Source: Gallionella sp. (lineage in GTDB: Bacteria; Pseudomonadota; Gammaproteobacteria; Burkholderiales; Gallionellaceae). Taken from it: 64,000 nucleotides of DNA. A program made the position numbers and the translations under genes. This document shows, in pieces, positions 27,819 through 37,413 of the stretch. Every line of letters starts with the position of its first letter. The first letter of the stretch is position 1. The notes under the pieces were generated by a model that was not told where the DNA came from, did no database searches, and saw nothing but the letters and a program-made list of their open reading frames with translations. The DNA is taken from positions 18,205 to 82,204 of the forward strand of contig JBGARW010000001.1 of the NCBI GenBank assembly GCA_044230015.1. Reading direction: 5' to 3'.

Positions 27819-28613
27819 TTAACCAAAGCGGCCAGTGATGTAATCTTCAGTCTCCTTGCGTTTCGGGTTGGTGAACACCGTGCTGGTGTCGCCGAACTCG
27901 ATCAGGTCCCCCAGGTACATGTAGGCGGTGTAGTCGGAGACGCGCGCGGCCTGCTGCATGTTGTGCGTGACGATGACGATGGTGAAGTCTTCCTTCAGTT
28001 CGTCGATCAGCTTCTCGATGTGCGCGGTCGAGATCGGGTCGAGCGCCGAGGTCGGTTCGTCGAGCAGCAGCACCTGCGGCTTGACGGCGATGGCGCGCGC
28101 GATGCACAGGCGTTGCTGCTGCCCTCCGGACAGGCTTGTGCCGCTCTGCTTCAGCTTGTCCTTGGCCTCGGTCCACAGCGCGGCCTTGCGCAGCGCCCAT
28201 TCGATGCGCTCATCCATGTCGTTCTTGCTGAGGTTCTCGTAGAGTTTCACGCCGAACGCGATGTTGTCGTAGATCGACATCGGGAACGGCGTGGGTTTCT
28301 GGAACACCATGCCGATCTTGGCGCGCAATGTGTTCAGATCCTGCTTCTTGTCGAGGATGTTGGCACCGTCCAGCAGGATCTCACCGGTGGCTTTCTGTCT
28401 GGGGTAGAGCTGGTACATGCGGTTGAAGGTGCGCAGCAGGGTGGATTTGCCGCAGCCGGACGGACCGATGAAGGCTGTCACCATCTTCTCGGCGATGCTC
28501 AGGTTGATGTCCTTGAGCGCGCGGTCGTTGCCGTAATAGAAGTTGAGGTCTTTGACGGTTATCTTCGGGACGATTATCTTCGGATCGATGGTGTTTTCTG
28601 CGGTCATTTGCAA
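27819..28613 (-). CDS. pstB: phosphate ABC transporter ATP-binding protein
   Basis: 264 aa with Walker [10 protein letters not shown], signature LSGGQQQRL, Walker [12 protein letters not shown], and the C-terminus EDYITGRFG. Confidence 0.96.
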   Translation of the reverse strand: MQMTAENTIDPKIIVPKITVKDLNFYYGNDRALKDINLSIAEKMVTAFIGPSGCGKSTLLRTFNRMYQLYPRQKATGEILLDGANILDKKQDLNTLRAKIGMVFQKPTPFPMSIYDNIAFGVKLYENLSKNDMDERIEWALRKAALWTEAKDKLKQSGTSLSGGQQQRLCIARAIAVKPQVLLLDEPTSALDPISTAHIEKLIDELKEDFTIVIVTHNMQQAARVSDYTAYMYLGDLIEFGDTSTVFTNPKRKETEDYITGRFG

Positions 28614-28619
28614 GCCCTG

Positions 28620-29465
28620 TTAATGAGAGGCGACCTTTTGCCGGAACAGCACACGCGCCAGGATGTTGAGTGTCAATACGCTGAGGGTGATCAGCAATGC
28701 GCCTGCCCAGGCAAGCCGCTGCCAGTCTTCATACGGGCTCATCGCGAACTGGAAGATCACCACCGGCAGGTTCGCCATCGGCTGTTCCATGTCGCTGCTC
28801 CAGAACTGGTTGTTCAGCGCGGTGAACAGCAGCGGTGCGGTTTCGCCGCTGATACGCGCGATGGCCAGCATCACGCCGGTGACGATCCCGGCGCGTGCGG
28901 CGCGCAAAGTGACGAAATTGATGATCTTCCACTGCGGGGCGCCGAGTGCCGCGGCCGCCTCACGCAGCGTGGTCGGCACCAGGCGCAACATGTTTTCGGT
29001 GGTGCGGATGACGATCGGGATGACGATGATGGACAGCGCCAGCGCCCCCGCCCAGCCGGAGAAATGCTTGACGTGAACGACATATATCTCGTACACGAAC
29101 AGCCCGATCACGATGGACGGCGCGGAAAGCAGCACATCGTTGATGAAGCGCGTGATCGGGGCGAGCCAGCCGCGCTGGCCGAATTCTGCCAGATAGGTGC
29201 CGGCCAGGATGCCGATCGGCGTGCCGATCAGCGTGCCGACCAGGGTCATCGCCAGACTGCCGGCGATGGCGTTGAGCAGTCCGCCACTGCTGCCCGGCGG
29301 CGGGGTCATTTGCGCGAACACCACCGGGGTGAGCGCGGGCAGACCGTGCACCAGCAGCGTCCACAGGATCCAGCATAGCCAGAACAGGCCGAATGCCATG
29401 GTCAGCATCGAGACGGCGAGTCCGGTTGCGTTGATGATGCGGCGGCGCGTATAGAGATTCAGCAT
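28620..29465 (-). CDS. pstA: phosphate ABC transporter permease PstA
   Basis: True start is [15 protein letters not shown] at 29465, 2 nt after the pstC stop. It has the EAA-like motif [15 protein letters not shown]. The track ORF extension overlaps pstC out of frame. Confidence 0.93.
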   Translation of the reverse strand: MLNLYTRRRIINATGLAVSMLTMAFGLFWLCWILWTLLVHGLPALTPVVFAQMTPPPGSSGGLLNAIAGSLAMTLVGTLIGTPIGILAGTYLAEFGQRGWLAPITRFINDVLLSAPSIVIGLFVYEIYVVHVKHFSGWAGALALSIIVIPIVIRTTENMLRLVPTTLREAAAALGAPQWKIINFVTLRAARAGIVTGVMLAIARISGETAPLLFTALNNQFWSSDMEQPMANLPVVIFQFAMSPYEDWQRLAWAGALLITLSVLTLNILARVLFRQKVASH

Positions 29466-29467
29466 GA

Positions 29468-30430
29468 TCAGGTGGCCTGCCCTTCGCGCAGCCCGAGCTT
29501 GTAGAGCATGTAGCGCGCGAGCGACAGGACTACAAAGGTGATGAAGAACAGGATCAGGCCGAGCTCGATCAGTGCAGAGGTATAAAGCTCCCCGTAGGCC
29601 TCGGTGAATTCGTTGGCGAGCGCCGAGGCGATGCTGTTGCCCGGCATCAGCAGCGATCGGGTCAGCTCGTGCGCATTGCCGATGACGAAGGTGACGGCCA
29701 TGGTCTCGCCCAGCGCGCGCCCCAGCCCGAGCATGATGCCGCCGACCACGCCGATCTTGGTGTAGGGCAGCACGATCTGCCACATGACTTCCCAGGTGGT
29801 CGCGCCCAGGCCGTAGGCAGATTCCTTCAGCAGCGTGGGCACTATCTCAAACACGTCGCGCATCACCGAGGCGATGAACGGGATCACCATGATGGCGAGG
29901 ATGATGCCTGCGGTCAGTATGCCGATGCCCATCGGCGGGCCGGAGAAGAACGGGCCGATGTACGGCAGCGTGCCGATATGATCGTTGAGCCACGGTTCGA
30001 CATGATCGGCGAACAACGGGGCGAACACGAACAGCCCCCACATGCCGTAGATGATGCTGGGGATGCCCGCCAGCAATTCGATGGCGATGCCGAGCGGGCG
30101 GCGCAGGATGCGCGGCGACAGTTCGGTCAGGAACAGGGCGATGCCGAAGCTGACCGGGATGGCGATGGCGAGCGCGATGCTCGAGGTGACCAGCGTGCCG
30201 ACGATCGGGATCAGCGCGCCGAACTGCTCGTTGACCGGATCCCAGTCCGGGCTGACCAGGAAGCCGAAGCCGAACGCGCGGATGGCGGGCATGCTGCCGA
30301 CGATCAGCGAGCCGATGATGGCAGCCAGCAGCACCAGCACACCGAATGCGGAGACCCGCGTCAGGTTGCGGAACAGCAGGTCGAGCACGGTGTGCCGTTT
30401 AAGGCTGGTTTCGCGTAAAAACGTCGGCAT
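29468..30430 (-). CDS. pstC: phosphate ABC transporter permease PstC
   Basis: 320 aa with 6 TM segments and the motif [14 protein letters not shown]. Confidence 0.94.
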   Translation of the reverse strand: MPTFLRETSLKRHTVLDLLFRNLTRVSAFGVLVLLAAIIGSLIVGSMPAIRAFGFGFLVSPDWDPVNEQFGALIPIVGTLVTSSIALAIAIPVSFGIALFLTELSPRILRRPLGIAIELLAGIPSIIYGMWGLFVFAPLFADHVEPWLNDHIGTLPYIGPFFSGPPMGIGILTAGIILAIMVIPFIASVMRDVFEIVPTLLKESAYGLGATTWEVMWQIVLPYTKIGVVGGIMLGLGRALGETMAVTFVIGNAHELTRSLLMPGNSIASALANEFTEAYGELYTSALIELGLILFFITFVVLSLARYMLYKLGLREGQAT

Positions 30431-30499
30431 AGATTCAGCTTGTCAGGGAAAAAATAACGGGGGCGCAAACCCCCGTCATTATAGCCCAATAGGGGCGTT

Positions 30500-31552
30500 C
30501 TATTTCATTACCGGCGAGGCGGAGGTGTCATGGATCTGACTCTTCCATGCCTTGCGGATCAGATTCTGCACGTTTTCCGGCAGCGGCACGTAATCCAGGT
30601 CGGCAGCCAGTTTCCCGCCATTGGTGTAGGCCCAGTCGAAGAACTTCAGGACTTCCCTCGCGGTATCCGCGTTCTCTTGCATCTTGTGCATCAGGATGAA
30701 GGTCGCGCCGCTGATGGGCCAGCTTTCCTTGCCTGGCTCGTCGGTCAGGATCTCATAGAAGCCCGGTGCCTTTTCCCATTGCGCGTTTGCCGCGGCAGCC
30801 TTGAAGGAGATGTCGCTAGGCTCGACGAACTGGCCGTCGCGGTTCTTCACTTTCACGGAGGCCATCTTGTTCTGCAGCGCATAGGCGTACTCCACATAAC
30901 CGATGGAACCCTTGATGCGTTGCACATAGGAGGCCACGCCCTCGTTTCCCTTGCCGCCGGTACCGGCCTTCCATGAAACGGCGGTGCCTTCGCCCACGGC
31001 GGACTTCCACTCGGGGCTGACCTTGGACAGGTAGTTGGTGAAGATGAAGGTGGTACCGGAACCGTCGGAACGGTGTACCACGGTGATGTTGTCGTCAGGC
31101 AGCTTGAGTTCCTTGTTCAGCGCCGCCACGGCCGGATCGTTCCATTTGGTGATCTTGCCGAGATAGATGTTGGCAAGGGTCGCGCCGTCCAGCTTCATCT
31201 TGTTCGCCGATATGCCCTCGACGTTTATGACCGGCACCACGCCGCCGATCACGGTCGGGAACTGTATCATGCCGTCCTTCTCCAGTTTTTCCGGTGTCAG
31301 CGGCATGTCGGAGGCACCGAAGTTCACGGTCTTGGCGGTGATCTGCTTGATGCCGCCGCCGGAGCCGATGGACTGGTAATTCATCGCAACGCCGGTGCCA
31401 GCCTTGTAAGCCTCGGCCCATTTCGAGTAGATCGGATAGGGGAAGGTCGCGCCCGCGCCGGTGATGGTGGCGGCCGCATGGCTCGCGTTCGCGCAGGCCA
31501 GGGCGGCGGCGGTGGTGATACCGATGATGAGTTGCTTGAATTTGCTGTTCAT
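30500..31552 (-). CDS. pstS: phosphate-binding protein PstS
   Basis: 350 aa with a signal peptide ending ...ASHAAAT, then GAGATFPYPIYSKWA, SIGSGGG and SDGSGTT. Confidence 0.95.
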   Translation of the reverse strand: MNSKFKQLIIGITTAAALACANASHAAATITGAGATFPYPIYSKWAEAYKAGTGVAMNYQSIGSGGGIKQITAKTVNFGASDMPLTPEKLEKDGMIQFPTVIGGVVPVINVEGISANKMKLDGATLANIYLGKITKWNDPAVAALNKELKLPDDNITVVHRSDGSGTTFIFTNYLSKVSPEWKSAVGEGTAVSWKAGTGGKGNEGVASYVQRIKGSIGYVEYAYALQNKMASVKVKNRDGQFVEPSDISFKAAAANAQWEKAPGFYEILTDEPGKESWPISGATFILMHKMQENADTAREVLKFFDWAYTNGGKLAADLDYVPLPENVQNLIRKAWKSQIHDTSASPVMK

Positions 31553-31637
31553 TTCGTCTCCATTTGGTTGTATCGCTTCAGGGATGCCGGTTAAATCAAC
31601 AACGTTCTGTTGCGGACGTGCATGTTAGGGTAGTCAT

Positions 31638-31655
31638 GTGACGGGATTATTACAG
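31638..31655 (-). promoter_or_regulatory. Pho box of the pstSCAB promoter
   Basis: The minus strand reads CTGTAAT-AATC-CCGTCAC. Ten nt further on is TAACAT (31622-31627), a -10 candidate. The box lies 86-103 nt upstream of the pstS ATG. Confidence 0.6.
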
Positions 31656-31731
31656 AGCGTACTGAAGTTTGCGGTTCCGCGACATCCCGGTCAACCCTCC
31701 TTCTGTCATGCCGCTCGCAAGCTGCCGGCAC

Positions 31732-31760
31732 AAAAAAAGCGGGCATCCGGGGATGCCCGC
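31732..31760 (-). terminator. rho-independent terminator after the porin gene
   Basis: The minus strand reads GCGGGCATCC-CC-GGATGCCCGC followed by TTTTTTT. Confidence 0.85.
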
Positions 31761-31783
31761 CAGTCCTTCCAGCCGACGGGAGG

Positions 31784-32935
31784 TCAGAAGTTGTGCTGCA
31801 TGCCCAGGGAGATCACCGACGGGGAGGCGCCGATGCCGTTGACGGATGCCGCTCCCGCAGTGCTCTGGCTGAAGCCGTAGTCGCTGGCGGTGTTGTTGTT
31901 GATGCGGGAATAGATCGCATACAGCTTGGTGCGCTTGCTCAGGCCGTGGTCATAACCGAGGCTGAACTGGTTCGCGCCGGTATTGACGCTTGCGCCGTGC
32001 TGATTGGCCTTGCCATAGGCGAGTTTGATGGCATCCATGCCCATCTTGTAGTTGCCGGTCAGGTAGTAGGCGTTGTGGCCAAAGCGGTCGGCACCGACTG
32101 CCGGGCAGCCACCCACCACCACGGCGGTACACAGGTTGTCGCTGGTGTTCTCGTAGGCGAGGCCGACGGTGAAATCACTCATGGTGTAGCCCATGCCGAG
32201 CTTCCAGGCCGATTCCTTGCCACCGACGCGCGTCACATCGAGCTTGTGGTCTTCATAGGCCAGTGAGCCAAAGAACGGGGCGACATCATACGTGGCGGCC
32301 AGGCTCATGAGGCTGTTCTTGGCTGCGGCTGCCGTGGTGTTGGTCTCGGTCAGGTTGGCGTAGGCGATCATGCCGGTGAAGCCGCTCATGGACGGGGTGG
32401 TGTAAAGAACGAGGTTGGTCTGGCGGCCGTCGAAGGCGGTGTTGGCGGAATCGACGGTCGTGGGGCTGGTGACGCCGCCCATCAGCGCGCGGTTATCGGC
32501 GACGCTGTCGGCGAACGGGTCCAGCCTGCGCGTGGCCAGCTTGTAGGGGGTGTCGTGACGGCCCAGCAACACGGTGCCCATGCTGTTGCTCTTCAGTCCC
32601 AGGAAGCTGTTGCGCGTGGCCAGGGTGCCGGTGCCGCCTGCTTCGGTGGTGTTGTCGATGTTGATCTGCTGCTCGATCTGCCAGATTGCCGACAGGCCTT
32701 CGCTTAACACTTCCGCGCCCTTGAGGCCGAGACGCGACACGTTGCTTGAGACCTGGCGCTTGCTCGCACCGGCGACGCCGGCTGCAGAGGTGGCGGTGTT
32801 GAGGAGGTCGTAGGACATGTCGACCCTGCCATAGACGCTCACATTGCCGGTCTCGGCCAGTACGGGCGCCGAGAAGACTGCTGCCGCCAGTGCGGCAACG
32901 ATGAGTTTCCTTTGTTGCGTGAATGCTCTTTGCAT
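31784..32935 (-). CDS. Gram-negative general-porin-family outer membrane protein, likely Pho-regulated
   Basis: 383 aa with a signal peptide ending ...APVLA. It shows alternating beta-strand patterns and the C-terminal ISLGMQHNF ending in Phe. A Pho box lies upstream. Confidence 0.88.
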   Translation of the reverse strand: MQRAFTQQRKLIVAALAAAVFSAPVLAETGNVSVYGRVDMSYDLLNTATSAAGVAGASKRQVSSNVSRLGLKGAEVLSEGLSAIWQIEQQINIDNTTEAGGTGTLATRNSFLGLKSNSMGTVLLGRHDTPYKLATRRLDPFADSVADNRALMGGVTSPTTVDSANTAFDGRQTNLVLYTTPSMSGFTGMIAYANLTETNTTAAAAKNSLMSLAATYDVAPFFGSLAYEDHKLDVTRVGGKESAWKLGMGYTMSDFTVGLAYENTSDNLCTAVVVGGCPAVGADRFGHNAYYLTGNYKMGMDAIKLAYGKANQHGASVNTGANQFSLGYDHGLSKRTKLYAIYSRINNNTASDYGFSQSTAGAASVNGIGASPSVISLGMQHNF

Positions 32936-33009
32936 CGTTAAATCTCCCAGTAATTGAAAAGCCGCCCTAGTGCGACCCCGGCAGCTTAAGCAGCGAATGT
33001 GAAAAATTG

Positions 33010-33038
33010 ATTAAGGAAAGATGACAGATTTGTGACGG
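33010..33038 (-). promoter_or_regulatory. Pho box of the porin promoter
   Basis: The minus strand reads CCGTCAC-AAAT-CTGTCAT-CTTT-CCTTAAT: three heptamers in 11-bp phase, the middle one matching the CTGTCAT consensus exactly. It lies 75 nt upstream of the ATG. Confidence 0.65.
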
Positions 33039-33122
33039 GAAGGTCGTTGTCCGGGGGGATGTCTGACATGGCGCGCCATGGCCGTCATGCGTCACGCTGA
33101 TGCCGGCGCAGCCGGCCGGGCA

Positions 33123-33677
33123 TCATGTGAATACGGGGTAAGCCGGCTTTCCGGTGGCGGATGGGTAGTTGTTGCACCCGCATCCGGCGATGCCCGAGGC
33201 TGCAAGCGCAAGGCCGCGATCCGCCATGGAGGCGTGGCCGGCTCCGTCACCGCGCCAACCCGGCCAGAAATTGTAGTCATGCGCCTGCAGCATCGGTTTC
33301 ATCGGCATATCCACCTTGGTGATATGTTTGATCATCCAGATCTCCAGAAGGCGGGAGAAATGCCTTGCCGCACCTTCCGACCACATGCCGTATTTGGCTT
33401 CCATCTCATCCTTCAGGCGCCGTAGCTCATCCAGCGAGCATTGTTGCGCCAGCCTGAGTCCGGCAGAAGGGAAATCGACCGCCTGCGCGATCCTTTCCTC
33501 GTTGGCAAAATGGATGCACAGCCAGTTCTCGAGATGTTCCAATTCCTGCGGCAGGGAGAGGCTATCCCTCGCTCCGATCGCGCGGGTCGCGTTGTTGATC
33601 ATGCATACCAGATTCCTGTGTTCGGAATCGATGATCACATTCCCGACGCTTAATTGTTTTGTGCATATCAGACACAT
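33123..33677 (-). CDS. hemerythrin-like metal-binding protein with a C-terminal extension
   Basis: 184 aa with the motifs IIDSEHRNL, HFANEE and IKHITKVD (HxxxxD). A ~50-aa tail contains GCGCNN. Confidence 0.75.
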   Translation of the reverse strand: MCLICTKQLSVGNVIIDSEHRNLVCMINNATRAIGARDSLSLPQELEHLENWLCIHFANEERIAQAVDFPSAGLRLAQQCSLDELRRLKDEMEAKYGMWSEGAARHFSRLLEIWMIKHITKVDMPMKPMLQAHDYNFWPGWRGDGAGHASMADRGLALAASGIAGCGCNNYPSATGKPAYPVFT

Positions 33678-33736
33678 CTGTTTTACCTGCCCGGTGTTCC
33701 CTTAATGACTGCCAATGTTCCGGATACGGCTTCCGC

Positions 33737-34489
33737 TCATGCCTTGAGAAAGTGTTTCGCATAGCGGCTGCTCAGGCGTGACATCGGCAGCAGGATCAGC
33801 AGGTCGGCGGTGTTGAATTCCGCGTCCCAGGCCGGTTCGCCGCAGATGTAGGCGCCCAGCCGCAGGTAACCCTTGATCAACGGCGGGATCGGCGCATCCA
33901 GGTATTGGTTCAGCGCGTGCAGCGGCAGCGGGTTGCGGGGGAACACGCTGTACTCGACGGGGGCCGCGTAGATGCGGTGCAGCTTGCGGTAGACGCTGGC
34001 CGCGACATGGCCGCCGTCCGCCATGCCGATGCTGGCGCAGCCGATCAGGTATTCGTGACGGTGTTGCTGTATGTATTGGGCAAGGCCGCCCCACAGCTGG
34101 GTGATGGTCGCGCCGTCGCGGTAGTCCCAGTGCACACAGGAGCGCCCCACCTCTGCCATGCGGTCGCCGAGGTGCAGCAGGCGGGTCAGGTCGAATTCGG
34201 TCTGCGCATAGTAGCCGCCGATCTTCCGCGCCTGTTCGGGAGAAAGTATGCGGTAGGTGCCTACCACCTTGTTCCCGTCGCTTTCGCGCACCAGCAGATG
34301 ATCACAGTATTTGTCGAAGATGTCGCGGTCGATCCCTTCGCCTGCGCTGGGCAGGTTCGCCCCCATTTCCTCGGCGAACACCTTGTAGCGCAGGCGTTGC
34401 GCCTCCAGTATCTCCGCCTCGCTGTGCGCCATGCTGGTTATCAGGCGGCGTTGGGTCGCGGGTTGGGTTTGTCGGTCAAGCTCCAGCAT
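33737..34489 (-). CDS. olsB: GNAT-family N-acyltransferase, probable ornithine-acyl-ACP N-acyltransferase
   Basis: 250 aa with the N-terminus AQRLRYKVFAEEMGA, typical of the OlsB/hemolysin-like acyltransferases. It sits immediately downstream of a PlsC-family gene (olsA). GAGGAG lies 5 nt before the ATG. Confidence 0.75.
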   Translation of the reverse strand: MLELDRQTQPATQRRLITSMAHSEAEILEAQRLRYKVFAEEMGANLPSAGEGIDRDIFDKYCDHLLVRESDGNKVVGTYRILSPEQARKIGGYYAQTEFDLTRLLHLGDRMAEVGRSCVHWDYRDGATITQLWGGLAQYIQQHRHEYLIGCASIGMADGGHVAASVYRKLHRIYAAPVEYSVFPRNPLPLHALNQYLDAPIPPLIKGYLRLGAYICGEPAWDAEFNTADLLILLPMSRLSSRYAKHFLKA

Positions 34490-34537
34490 TGCATCTCCTC
34501 GGTTGGTTTGAAGATGTGTGCAGATTATTTAATTCTT

Positions 34538-34577
34538 GTTGCAGCGCCATGACGGGAATATGAAGAGTTTGTGAAAC
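34538..34577 (-). promoter_or_regulatory. Pho box array upstream of olsB
   Basis: The minus strand reads GTTTCAC-AAAC-TCTTCAT-ATTC-CCGTCAT-GGCG-CTGCAAC: four heptamers in 11-bp phase. TAATCT follows 10 nt downstream, then GAGGAG and the ATG. Confidence 0.55.
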
Positions 34578-34579
34578 CG

Positions 34580-35449
34580 TTACCTGGGCGGCTGGTCCGG
34601 CAGCGGGAGGAGGAGCGGCGCATAAGCGGATTGTGCCGAGAGCAGCGTTTGGGGAATGGCGAAGGTCGCTTCCTGCCCCGGCTTTTGCTGCATCGCGGCG
34701 ACATGCTGCAATCCCTGTGAGATGGCTTCCTGGGCGGCGCGTGCCAGCACCCGGCGATTGTTGCCGGTGGTCGCCAGCGCAGGCGTGAACACCAGCAAGG
34801 CATCGAAACGCGGGCTGCGCAGGATGCGCCAGATGGATCGGGCCAGCGTCATGTCGCCGGTGAAGACGGTGGCGTTGCTGCGTTTTCCGTTCTTGTCCTG
34901 GTAGCGCAGGGCGATCGGGCAGAGCATTGCGCCGGCATCGATCGCCGGCTGGATGAGTGCCGAATGGAAATGTCCGACCTGTTGTCCGTCTGTCGTGGTG
35001 CCTTCCGGGAACAATCCCACACAAACACCCTGTTTGAGCAGGAGGCTGACATGCCGGTTGATCGATACGGCATCCTGGCGCATGGCGCGCTCGATGAAGA
35101 TGGTGTTGCTGCGTTTGCATAACCAGCCGATGAGCGGCCAGTTGCGCACCTCCGCCTTGGCAATGAAGCGCGATGGGTATATTGCGTTCAGCACGAAGAT
35201 ATCCAGCCACGAGACATGGTTGGCGACCACCAGATAGCCGCCCTCGCCGCGCACGGACCATTGCCCCTCGGTACGGATGCCGATGTCGAGGATGTCCAGC
35301 AGTTGCCGGCTCCATGTTTTCAGGGTCCGGCGCCGTCCGGTCCGGCTCAGGTGCGGGTAGAAGACCGCCAGCAGCACTGCATAGAGAAGATGCACGACGA
35401 GGCGGGCGCCCCTGAACAGGCCGATCAGCTTCGGCAGACGCTCATCCAT
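34580..35449 (-). CDS. olsA: lysophospholipid/lyso-ornithine-lipid O-acyltransferase (PlsC family)
   Basis: True start is MDERLPKLIGLF at 35449. It has the HX4D motif NHVSWLDI and FPEGTTTDG. Its start overlaps the stop of the upstream EAL gene (ATGGATGA). Confidence 0.78.
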   Translation of the reverse strand: MDERLPKLIGLFRGARLVVHLLYAVLLAVFYPHLSRTGRRRTLKTWSRQLLDILDIGIRTEGQWSVRGEGGYLVVANHVSWLDIFVLNAIYPSRFIAKAEVRNWPLIGWLCKRSNTIFIERAMRQDAVSINRHVSLLLKQGVCVGLFPEGTTTDGQQVGHFHSALIQPAIDAGAMLCPIALRYQDKNGKRSNATVFTGDMTLARSIWRILRSPRFDALLVFTPALATTGNNRRVLARAAQEAISQGLQHVAAMQQKPGQEATFAIPQTLLSAQSAYAPLLLPLPDQPPR

Positions 35450-37232
35450 GGTAGGCGCTCGGGAAGGGTTGGGAATCGGCCATTTCCGGCTGCTGTGATT
35501 CGCGCCGCTCGATGAACAGGCTGTTGCCTGGTCTCTTCTTGGCCATCTTCTTCGCGATCGCGGCGGCCTCGGCCACTTCATGGTGCGAGTGGAACGACTC
35601 TGCGGAAGCGCTGATCACGCCGATCGAGAGCGTGGGCAGGGGGTGGTGGACGATGCGGCCCTGGCGGTCTTCGCTCGGGTAGCCGCCGACAGAACGATGC
35701 TTCTGTTCGAACAACACCAGGGATGTTTGCGCAAAGGAGGTGAGGGCCTGGTTGCAGCGTTTTTCCCAGTCCGCGCTTTGCATGACCAGGATGAAGTCGT
35801 CGCCGCCGATGTGCCCGATGAAGTCGCGGCGCAGGTCGCAGACATTGTTGAGCAGCTTGCCGGTGAACTGGATCATCTCGTCGCCCTTGCGGTAGCCGTA
35901 CACGTCGTTGTAGGGCTTGAAGTTGTCCAGATCGCAATAGCAGACGGCGAATGAAGCCCCGGACTGGAGCAGGTGGTCGATGTGCTCGTTGATCGGGACA
36001 TTGCCGGGCAGCAGGGTCAGCGGGTTGGCGTAGCGTGCAGTCTCGATCTGCATGTTCGTGATCTCGCGCAACAGGTCCTGCCCGGTGCCGAGCCCGATAT
36101 AACGCCCCTGGTCGGTGATGATGAAGCCGTCAACGAAATGCTCGATCCCGGACTCGCTCAGGAAATTGCTCAGTTCGTGGATGGGGGTGGACTTCTCCAC
36201 CAGCAGCGGTTCGGCGTTCATCATGCCATTGCATGGCTTTTTGCCGAGCAGTTCACGCTGGAACGGCTTGGCGAAGCAGTCGATGAACTCGGTGCGCATG
36301 ATCAGCCCGACGGGACGCCCGTGCCTGACGACCGGGATGGCGCGCAACTCGCGGTTCGCGGAAAAGCTGGCAAAGACCCTCTCGGCCTCGGTATCCGGCT
36401 GGAACGGCTCCACATAACGCAGCAGCGACTCGACCGTGATATTGCGTTTGTTCTTGTACGGCTGCTCGGCAAAGTAGCTGGCGCTGCTCATGCGGCCGAC
36501 CTCGGCGGGCGCGGTCAGCGGCGGGACGGGGTTGGGGCGGGCGATGAAATAGCCCTGCCCGCAGGCGATGCCGAGATCCCGTATCACCCTGAATTCCGCA
36601 CCGGTCTCGATCCCTTCCGCGATCACCCGTGTGCCGGAGCTCAATGCGATGCTCTGGATCGACCTGATGAACTGCTGCTTGAGCGGGTCGGTGTTCACGC
36701 CCTGCACGAAATGCATGTCTATCTTCACGAATTCGGGGCGCAATTCCGACCACAGCCGCAGGCTCGAGAAGCCTTCGCCGAGGTCGTCCATGGCGATCTG
36801 GAACCCCATGTTGCGGTAGTGCAGCAGCGCTTTGCGCATCCCCTCGAAATCGAAGGTGGGCTGGTTCTCGGTGATCTCGATGATGACCCGCTCCGGGGCG
36901 ATGCCGAGGTCCTCGAGGTAGATCAGCGTTTGTCCGTCCTTGAAGCTCGGGTGGGTCAGTGCATCCGGGCTGACGTTCAGGAACAGGTTGCCGGGCAGGT
37001 TCTGTGCGGCAAAGGATTCCAGCACGATCTGCCGGCACAGCATCTCCACCTCCAGGGAAAGCCCCTGTTGCCTGGCCGCCGCGAACAGATTGATGGGCGA
37101 ATGCAGCGGGCTGTCGGCCGGGCCGCGGATCAGCCCCTCGAAGCCGAGGAACGTGCCGTCGGAGATATTCATGACCGGCTGGAACAGCGCGTAAAGATTG
37201 CGTTGGTTCAATATGTCCTGGAGCGTTTTCAT
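35442..37232 (-). CDS. EAL phosphodiesterase - CBS pair - GGDEF-like (GGDDF) signalling protein
   Basis: 596 aa. EAL-domain residues: FEGLIR, EITE, DDLGEGFSSL, KIDMHF, EGIETG, GQGYF. The central part looks like a CBS pair. The C-terminal cyclase-like domain has DLDNFKPYND and HIGGDDFILVM. Confidence 0.88.
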   Translation of the reverse strand: MKTLQDILNQRNLYALFQPVMNISDGTFLGFEGLIRGPADSPLHSPINLFAAARQQGLSLEVEMLCRQIVLESFAAQNLPGNLFLNVSPDALTHPSFKDGQTLIYLEDLGIAPERVIIEITENQPTFDFEGMRKALLHYRNMGFQIAMDDLGEGFSSLRLWSELRPEFVKIDMHFVQGVNTDPLKQQFIRSIQSIALSSGTRVIAEGIETGAEFRVIRDLGIACGQGYFIARPNPVPPLTAPAEVGRMSSASYFAEQPYKNKRNITVESLLRYVEPFQPDTEAERVFASFSANRELRAIPVVRHGRPVGLIMRTEFIDCFAKPFQRELLGKKPCNGMMNAEPLLVEKSTPIHELSNFLSESGIEHFVDGFIITDQGRYIGLGTGQDLLREITNMQIETARYANPLTLLPGNVPINEHIDHLLQSGASFAVCYCDLDNFKPYNDVYGYRKGDEMIQFTGKLLNNVCDLRRDFIGHIGGDDFILVMQSADWEKRCNQALTSFAQTSLVLFEQKHRSVGGYPSEDRQGRIVHHPLPTLSIGVISASAESFHSHHEVAEAAAIAKKMAKKRPGNSLFIERRESQQPEMADSQPFPSAYHG

Positions 37233-37389
37233 GGCGGGCGGCCTGTGAGTGGCAGGGTACGGCAGGGTAGTCGCCGAATGTTTCAGTCCGGTTAAGGCGA
37301 TGTTGCAGATTGGTTACGGCGTGCCCGGCCGGAAAATGGTTTTGCGTTCGCGCGGGATATCTGCTCCAATCGCGGCTGACATTTTAATA

Positions 37390-37402
37390 ATTGTTTAACA
37401 AT
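37390..37402. promoter_or_regulatory. palindrome ATTGTT-T-AACAAT, candidate ArsR operator
   Basis: Perfect 6-1-6 inverted repeat ending 11 nt before the arsR ATG. Confidence 0.4.
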
Positions 37403-37413
37403 GGAAACGTAGC

